From an uncultured Candidatus Saccharibacteria bacterium (GTDB taxonomy: Bacteria > Patescibacteriota > Doudnabacteria > UBA920), in assembly GCA_964561085.1 (NCBI GenBank), contig CAZLNP010000003.1, positions 7,351 through 71,350 of the forward strand: DNA of 64,000 nucleotides, read 5' to 3'. This document shows, one piece after another, positions 57,616-64,000 of this stretch (positions are counted from its first letter, which is position 1; every line of letters starts with the position of its first letter). The notes beneath the pieces were generated by a model. That model saw only the letters and a list, made by a program, of their open reading frames with translations, was not told the DNA's origin and searched no databases. A program made the translations under genes and the position numbers.

Positions 57616-58254
57616 ATGCGAGTACCGGCTACGGAAGAAATGAGAAAACGCCAATATATTTTGGCCAATGAAGTGTTTGGACTATACGGCTTATATCACT
57701 TATTCGGAAATAAAGAGCTGACTAAAGTTGAGATAGCTCCAATGGAACGCGGACTAACAAGCATCGTAGCTTTTGGGAGCGAGGTGCAAATCAGAAAAGA
57801 TGACTGCTTTGGGCTAGATCCAAAGACTCAGAAGATATGGCTAGTTAAAGGGCCAAGCTGGTATCCTAACCAATTCTTAAAAGTCGCGGCGCAGTGCAAG
57901 TTTAATACTGAAACAGTTACCTTTGCCGATAGAGTTGAAGTGAATATTCTCCGAAACCAGACGGCCTTAACCTACAATTCACTTGCGCCACAAGAGCATC
58001 GATGTAGCCTCTACTACGGAAATAATTGTCCGAAAATCTTTGACGTCGACTTAGCGGTAATAAAAAATAACGACAGCGCAAAAAGACAAGTTGTCTCTAT
58101 AGCTGTAAAAAATAACTGCTGTCCCAATACCGTATTCTGGCTCAAAGAAATTTGCAGAATTCACGGGTGGTATAAAGAGCCCTCAGGGGCATTCGATGTC
58201 TTTAGGACAAACGTCGCAATTAAAGAAGGCTTGCATTTTCAAGCCCATGCTTAA
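57616..58254 (+). CDS. Orphan hypothetical protein, paralog of the previous gene
   Basis: TTGACA-17-CATAAT (57536-57564), GAGGGG SD; terminator CAGGACTTAGC/GCTAAGTCCTG-T6 at ~58263-58296. Confidence 0.75.
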   Translation: MRVPATEEMRKRQYILANEVFGLYGLYHLFGNKELTKVEIAPMERGLTSIVAFGSEVQIRKDDCFGLDPKTQKIWLVKGPSWYPNQFLKVAAQCKFNTETVTFADRVEVNILRNQTALTYNSLAPQEHRCSLYYGNNCPKIFDVDLAVIKNNDSAKRQVVSIAVKNNCCPNTVFWLKEICRIHGWYKEPSGAFDVFRTNVAIKEGLHFQAHA

Positions 58255-58301
58255 TAGCACTGCAGGACTTAGCAAAACCGCTAAGTCCTGTTTTTTATTT
58301 A

Positions 58302-58922
58302 TTAAATTTGTATTCCAAACAGTCTGAAGAAAAGAGTGATAACAGGTACAAGAATTTTATCTAGCAATCCTAAGTACAAGAAAATAATTACAATAAAGAA
58401 ACCATAGCGTTCCATGGAAAGAATCCAGTACATCAAATTTGTCGGCAAGGCTGAAGCAATGATTTTACTACCATCCAAAGGTGGAATTGGAAGCAAGTTA
58501 AATGTTCCCAGGACTACATTCAAGATAACTGCCTTGAGCCAAATATCTGCAACAGGACCAGGGGCGATCAAGCCAAATACTAATGGCAATATTAACAAGA
58601 TAGCTAAAATAAAGTTGCTAGCTGGTCCAGCAAACGATACTAAAGCCATGCCTAATTTACGAGGTCTTAAACTATTAAAATCAACTGGTACAGGCTTAGC
58701 TGCACCAAACACAATTGGACTACCAATTAGCAGCAAAAAGCCTGGTAGTAAAATCGAGCCAAATGGATCAATGTGCGGAATCGGGTTTAAAGTGATGCGA
58801 CCTTCATCGCGCGCAGTACTATCCCCTAACTTTTCCGCCATCAGTCCGTGACTGACTTCGTGAACAATTGCCGAAAATATTAAAATAACTAATGTGATTA
58901 AAGCGCTTAATGGATCATTCAT
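58302..58922 (-). CDS. Site-2 protease (peptidase M50)
   Basis: HEVSH, AGPASN and FNLLPIPPLDG motifs. Confidence 0.94.
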   Translation of the reverse strand: MNDPLSALITLVILIFSAIVHEVSHGLMAEKLGDSTARDEGRITLNPIPHIDPFGSILLPGFLLLIGSPIVFGAAKPVPVDFNSLRPRKLGMALVSFAGPASNFILAILLILPLVFGLIAPGPVADIWLKAVILNVVLGTFNLLPIPPLDGSKIIASALPTNLMYWILSMERYGFFIVIIFLYLGLLDKILVPVITLFFRLFGIQI

Positions 58923-59017
58923 ATCTGTATTTTACCACACATTTTCACCCCTTTTACTAGCCCTTGCCAAAAATAAAGAAATGTATTAAAATCATTAGGT
59001 ACTTAAATATATATCCA

Positions 59018-59221
59018 ATGCCAAGAATGTGCACCATTTGCGGCAAGACTTACTTAAAGACTATCAAGCGTTCTCACTCTATGCGCGCTTCAATCCACCG
59101 ATTGATGCCAAATACACAGTGGACACGTGACGCAGATGGAAACCGAGTAAAAGCTTGTACCCGCTGCATTAAGTCTAAGACTAAAACCCATCAAGGTAAT
59201 AAAGCTAAGACTATTGCTTAA
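59018..59221 (+). CDS. rpmB: 50S ribosomal protein L28
   Basis: MPRMCTICGK...RSHSM...PN.Q...CTRCIK; start ATG 59018; terminator at 59221-59252. Confidence 0.88.
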   Translation: MPRMCTICGKTYLKTIKRSHSMRASIHRLMPNTQWTRDADGNRVKACTRCIKSKTKTHQGNKAKTIA

Positions 59222-59637
59222 AAAACCGCCCTCAATTAAGAGTGCGGTTTTTTGTTTTCTGTTATTTCATTGCCTCATTTTTTACCAAACAGGTAAAAAG
59301 CAAGTGCTGAAGTTAGATTGGCTTCAAATGTTGCTTTTGCATTATTAGCAAAGTTCGCAACGTATTGTTTACTATTAAATTGTACACATTTTTTAACCTC
59401 GCTTTTTTATTCATATCAATCATTACTTTCTTTGCTATGCGTCATCCCACAGCTCCTTAACGAGATCGTGCGCGTGTCTGGATCTTTGTAATTGAAACAT
59501 GGGAGATCCTTTCTGCTCTTGCATTAACTTGGTTGGTTGCAAGAACATCTATACTATAACTCCTAGTTCTGAATTCCGAATGATAAACTTCTGAATTTAA
59601 AACTCTGCGAGCAAAAATTCAGCTTGTTTCTGAAATA

Positions 59638-62301
59638 TTATTTTTTATTCATCTTAGCTCTGCGTACTATGAATTTACGCAACTCTTCAATTAAGAGCAA
59701 TGGTAACGACATAGCCAGTATGATTATCCATTCATCTAGGCTCAACGGCACAGTCTTCAAGAACTTTTGGAACAAAGGATTGTAAACGGCCAAAAGCTGA
59801 AGTGCAATTACTAGCACTGTAGAAATAATTAGATACGGATTACTCAACATACTGCTGAATGCTGACCTCGTCTCGCTACGACAGTTCCAAGCGTTAATCC
59901 ACTGCAACACCGCTAAAATAGTAACTGCAATCGTAGTTGCCTTAACGTAATCCCCATCTTTGTAAAAGAATACTAACGCTAAAGTAGAAAGTGTCATTAT
60001 GAATCCCATCAATATCATTCTAAACAAAATAGGTTTATTGATGATGTACTTTGTAGTTTTAAATTTACCACCACGTAGAAGCTGACCTGAGCTAGGCTCC
60101 ATAGCAAACGTAACAGTCAGGAACCCGTCAGTGACAAAGTTAAGCCATAATATTTGCACAGCGATAACAGGCAACGGCCAACCGAGAATTAAGCCGCCAA
60201 CAATTGTAAATAACTCCCCTATCCCAGTAGAAAACAAATAAAGCAAACAGCGTTCAATAGTTTTATAAATTCCACGGCCTTCTTCTACCGCGGCAGCAAT
60301 GGTTGCGAAGTTGTCATCGAGCAAAACAATGTCCGCTGCTTCTTTGGCAACATCGGTACCTGTCACACCCATTACCACACCTAAATCTGCCGCAACCAGA
60401 GACGGAACATCGTTTACCCCATCACCAGTCATAGCAACAACATTCCCACCTGCTTTTAGAGCTCTGACAATTCTAAGCTTGTGGTTCGGCGTAACTCGCG
60501 CAAATACAGAGACAGTCTTTAGCTCCTCTTGCAACTGTTGCTCGTTCAGCGTCTCTAACTCGTCGCCTGTTAAGACTTTATCGCCATTAGAGTAAATCCC
60601 AGCCTGCTTGGCAATCGCCTGCGCTGTGAGCTTGTGATCACCGGTGATCATCATTATTCTAATGCCACCTGATTTCACTGCTGCCACTGCTGCAGGGACT
60701 TCAGGATGAAGAGAGTCCCGCATACAATACAGCCCACCGAAAGTTAGTGGAGGTATATTTGTTGGATCAACTTTATAATCAACACTAGCCATCGCAAAAG
60801 CAATTACGCGTAAGCCATCACTCACATAAGGCAAAATAATATTTTGCATTTCTTTAACCGACATCTCGCAAAGTTTGGCAACTGATTCAGGTGCACCCAC
60901 TACCGCTAAAGTTTGGTCGGTAGTATTTTTAGTCGCATCATTTTTATATACAACTGCGTGAAATTTTTGTTTGTAGTCAAAAGGGATCTCTTGCACAATT
61001 GGGTGACGCTTTTTCATGTCTTCCAATTTGAATCCCATTTTTTCAGATAGAACTATTAAAGAGCCTTCGGTGGGATCGCCCATCACCTTCCAACTGAGGT
61101 GTTCTGGATCGTAAAGTAATTCCGCGGATGCGAAGGAAGCAATTCTTCCAGCCAAAACTAGTTCTGGTATGTCCAACGGAGAAACTTGAGCGCCTTCTTG
61201 AGAGACAGTTCCTTTTGGCTCATAGCCATTGCCAGTGATAGAAAAAACTTTTCCTTTTACAACTACTTTTTCTACAACCAGTTCGTTTTTGGTTATGGTT
61301 CCTGTTTTATCTGTAGCAATGATATCTGTTTGACCAAGCGCCTCAACAGCCGCAAGTTTTTTAACCAGCGCTTTCCTTTGACTCATTCTCCATACGCCAT
61401 TCGCCAACACCAAAGTCATAACAACCGGTAAACCTTCAGGAATAATTGATACAGCCAAAGACACCACGGTCTTAATCATATCTACAACTGGCTGACCTAA
61501 AGCAATACCTCCTAAAAACAAAGCCGTAGAAATACCTAGAACAGCAATCATAATTACTTTAGAAAGCGCTCGAATATCTCTTTGTAATGGGATTTCTGTT
61601 TCTTTTTCTGCAGCTATCGTCAAAGAAATTTTCCCAATCTCAGTTTCTAAACCAGTGGCAGTTACTAAAAGCTCCCCTCTTCCAACTACTACCAATGTTC
61701 CCTTGAAAGCCATGTTCAACATTTCTGCAGGCTGTGGTTTTCTGTCTTTCGAATCAAAATTCAAAGGTTCAGCCATTTTTGATACTGGCTCAGACTCTCC
61801 AGTTAAAGACGCTTCATCAATAGTTAATCCATGAGATAAAATTATTCGACCGTCGGCAGGGACTTTATCGCCCTCACGAAGAATAACAATGTCTCCAGGA
61901 ACTAATTCAGAATCGTGGATTAAAGTTTCTACACCTACTCGCCTAACTAATGCATTGGTTTGAACGAACCGCTTCAAAGCAGCTAGCGTGTTCTGAGCTC
62001 GCCCTTCTTGGACTGTACCAATAATTGCATTAAGAAGTAGTACAACCGCAATTACTGTGGCATCTGTATATTCACCTAAAATTAATACAACGATACTTAC
62101 TGCTAACAAGATGTAGACCAAAGGACTGGTGAACTGTTTAAAGAATATAATGAAAAGACTATCGGATTTAGTTTCCGGTAGTTTATTTAGTCCGTAAAGT
62201 TGTTGATTAATTATTGCTTGCTCTGGAGAAAGTCCATCCAAGCTAGATTTAAACTCACTTAACGATGATTCAATTGTTTTTTCGTACCAATTTTGTTTCA
62301 T
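59638..62301 (-). CDS. Cation-transporting P-type ATPase (P2A, Ca2+-ATPase-like)
   Basis: LTGES, IPEGLP, DKTGT, MITGD and TGDGVND motifs. Confidence 0.94.
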   Translation of the reverse strand: MKQNWYEKTIESSLSEFKSSLDGLSPEQAIINQQLYGLNKLPETKSDSLFIIFFKQFTSPLVYILLAVSIVVLILGEYTDATVIAVVLLLNAIIGTVQEGRAQNTLAALKRFVQTNALVRRVGVETLIHDSELVPGDIVILREGDKVPADGRIILSHGLTIDEASLTGESEPVSKMAEPLNFDSKDRKPQPAEMLNMAFKGTLVVVGRGELLVTATGLETEIGKISLTIAAEKETEIPLQRDIRALSKVIMIAVLGISTALFLGGIALGQPVVDMIKTVVSLAVSIIPEGLPVVMTLVLANGVWRMSQRKALVKKLAAVEALGQTDIIATDKTGTITKNELVVEKVVVKGKVFSITGNGYEPKGTVSQEGAQVSPLDIPELVLAGRIASFASAELLYDPEHLSWKVMGDPTEGSLIVLSEKMGFKLEDMKKRHPIVQEIPFDYKQKFHAVVYKNDATKNTTDQTLAVVGAPESVAKLCEMSVKEMQNIILPYVSDGLRVIAFAMASVDYKVDPTNIPPLTFGGLYCMRDSLHPEVPAAVAAVKSGGIRIMMITGDHKLTAQAIAKQAGIYSNGDKVLTGDELETLNEQQLQEELKTVSVFARVTPNHKLRIVRALKAGGNVVAMTGDGVNDVPSLVAADLGVVMGVTGTDVAKEAADIVLLDDNFATIAAAVEEGRGIYKTIERCLLYLFSTGIGELFTIVGGLILGWPLPVIAVQILWLNFVTDGFLTVTFAMEPSSGQLLRGGKFKTTKYIINKPILFRMILMGFIMTLSTLALVFFYKDGDYVKATTIAVTILAVLQWINAWNCRSETRSAFSSMLSNPYLIISTVLVIALQLLAVYNPLFQKFLKTVPLSLDEWIIILAMSLPLLLIEELRKFIVRRAKMNKK

Positions 62302-62322
62302 GAAAGCTTAGCTTAAGCCAAG

Positions 62323-62805
62323 TTATTTTTTGTTCAACTCTATAATCTGTTTTGTTAGTTTTGTTGCAATGCCAACCCAAATTATATACGGTAGCATCAA
62401 GAAGCTTGCGATCGGTGAAGCGAAAAACATTAGTATCGTAGCAATAATAGTAGTGCCATTCATTATCTGCATAGTGTTATATGCCTTATGCAAATTAAGT
62501 TCGATAAAAAACGTTCTGTTCCAGGTTGCGTTTAAATATGCGTTAGCTAATAGAACAACGGCTGTGATGTATCGAAACCAATGCGGCACAGGTACATTCC
62601 AATACCACAAAATTGCTAGGCCAGTAATAACGTAAAGAAAAATCCAAATCTCACCGATTAAACTCCGTGATGGGGTCCATTTTGGTTTCTTCAATTCTCT
62701 GTACCAATTACTGGAGTTAAAACCATGCTTAACATACCTACTACCAATAATAGCAGTTGCAATAATTATTCCTGGAATGATAATAAAGTTAAAAGGAAAG
62801 CTCAT
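62323..62805 (-). CDS. TspO/MBR-family tryptophan-rich membrane protein
   Basis: WYRELKKPKWTP, WIFLY, LNATW...FF and PYIIWV.IAT.L pattern. Confidence 0.88.
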   Translation of the reverse strand: MSFPFNFIIIPGIIIATAIIGSRYVKHGFNSSNWYRELKKPKWTPSRSLIGEIWIFLYVITGLAILWYWNVPVPHWFRYITAVVLLANAYLNATWNRTFFIELNLHKAYNTMQIMNGTTIIATILMFFASPIASFLMLPYIIWVGIATKLTKQIIELNKK

Positions 62806-62839
62806 AAGTTTTGTTTAATTTTGGTCAGATATTAAAAGG

Positions 62840-64000
62840 CTACCAGCTCCCTCCGCCACCTCCACCTCCGCCACCTCCACCTCCACCACCAGAGAAACCA
62901 CTGCCTCCGCTGGATGAAGTAGTTACAGAAGTAGCAACTGCTTGCATGGAACTGTTGAAGTCATTTAACGAGCTTGAAAACGCCATCACACTAAATGCAT
63001 TGCCCGTAGAATCATTATACCAAGAAGGAGCTTTATTTAAATCACTAAATTGTGCAGCCCAAGCTGTTTCGACTCCTAACGCTATTGCAAAAGGTAGTAG
63101 TAGTTCAAACTGCTTTGGATTTTTTTCAGGGGCATTGTGAAAGTTTAAACGATCTTTCTCGGCAACAGATAGATATAACTTCAATCCTTCAATTTCCGCA
63201 GCCGTATCCATCCCTTTCTGAGTTCTTGCCGGCATTATGAAAGAGAAAATAACAATTATCAAACCTGATAGAACTCCTGCCAGGCCGCCGAGGAATCCTA
63301 AGTCTGACCCTAAAACTCCCGCTAAAATTGCTCCTACGAAAATTCCACCAACTAGCCACAAAACCTGAACGGTGACAGGATTAGCTTTGTAATATTTATC
63401 CTTAACCAACTCGCTCATGACATTTGATTTGATTTGAATTAGTCCTTTTCCAAATGAAACGTCTTTTTTAAGTTCAGAAAGTTTTATGGAATCTTTGCCG
63501 CTTGGGAACAGTTCATCTAGGAAAGCTTTCGTTTGAGGCGCTAACTTGGTTAAATCTTTCTCTACTTTTATAAACTCGTAATCGGTTCCTTTGAATACGA
63601 CCAACTTAGTAGTCTCCAAACGATTGATTGTTAAAAAGCCATTAGCAGCTAAATATATGACTTCGGCAGAAATATCTTTATTTGTAGTTTTGTTATGAAT
63701 CAAAGTTCCCATGTACAGCGCTGACATTCCATTAGGAGAATCGTACTGAGCAACAATAGAATTCTTGCGTTTAGGATCTTTACCATATCGATTCCATAAA
63801 TACCACATTAGTGCAAACACAAAAAGTGGCAATATTAAAATCCCATTGTCTTTAAAAATATCCCAGAGCTTTTCAGCAGTTGTAGGTTTAGTTAAAGTAT
63901 CAGCTGGCAAACCAACAACAACGGTCAAACCTTCCCCCGCTTCCAATTGTGCAGCGGTTTTGAAAGTAACATTTTCAGTATTACCACCTTCTATGATGCA
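62840..64000 (-). CDS. DUF2207-like membrane protein, 5' end outside window
   Basis: GEGLTVVV, GKDP, FELLLPFAIALGV...W and Ser/Gly-rich GGGGGSW terminus; frame open to window edge. Confidence 0.85.
   Translation of the reverse strand, partial: CIIEGGNTENVTFKTAAQLEAGEGLTVVVGLPADTLTKPTTAEKLWDIFKDNGILILPLFVFALMWYLWNRYGKDPKRKNSIVAQYDSPNGMSALYMGTLIHNKTTNKDISAEVIYLAANGFLTINRLETTKLVVFKGTDYEFIKVEKDLTKLAPQTKAFLDELFPSGKDSIKLSELKKDVSFGKGLIQIKSNVMSELVKDKYYKANPVTVQVLWLVGGIFVGAILAGVLGSDLGFLGGLAGVLSGLIIVIFSFIMPARTQKGMDTAAEIEGLKLYLSVAEKDRLNFHNAPEKNPKQFELLLPFAIALGVETAWAAQFSDLNKAPSWYNDSTGNAFSVMAFSSSLNDFNSSMQAVATSVTTSSSGGSGFSGGGGGGGGGGGGGGSW

Noticed and set aside
59253-59637. 385-nt gap with short protein-like minus-strand frames (possible pseudogene or tmRNA tag region)
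   Set aside because: Frames are broken by stops, with no recognisable family, no tag-like C-terminus and no tmRNA structure; cannot be supported without a search.
62811-63140. Poly-proline ORF on the plus strand
   Set aside because: Antisense shadow of the Gly-rich C-terminus of the DUF2207-like gene.
1-64000. CRISPR array, rRNA or self-splicing intron
   Set aside because: No regularly spaced repeats, rRNA signatures or interrupted conserved genes were found by eye.

Overview
Chromosomal window of a small-genome bacterium, most likely Patescibacteria/CPR. This is inferred from the missing L30 in the spc operon, the many leaderless or SD-less core genes, the VirD4/TrwB-like ATPase and the overall gene content; standard code 11 with TGA as stop. 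Left part: mreB, a PEGA protein, rnhA and recJ, then a ~14.5 kb glycolysis/pentose-phosphate cluster (gpmI, eno, pgk, gap, fba, PfkB kinase, split transketolase, rpe, rpiB, tpiA, galT) interleaved with small membrane orphans, followed by ruvX and dnaX. Middle: a 73-nt tRNA-Ala/tmRNA-like RNA with a separately promoted complementary small RNA, GtrA plus a GT2/GT-C fusion, a divergent six-gene island of unknown membrane, lectin-like and vWA-like proteins, and the VirD4-like ATPase. Right part: secY, the spc and S10 ribosomal operons, tuf, fusA, rpsG and rpsL with attenuator-like leaders and inserted orphan cassettes, then a site-2 protease, L28, a P-type ATPase, TspO and a DUF2207-like gene cut by the window edge. 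I saw no rRNA, CRISPR array, transposase or integrase. All calls come from motif recognition and base-pairing by eye; no searches were run.
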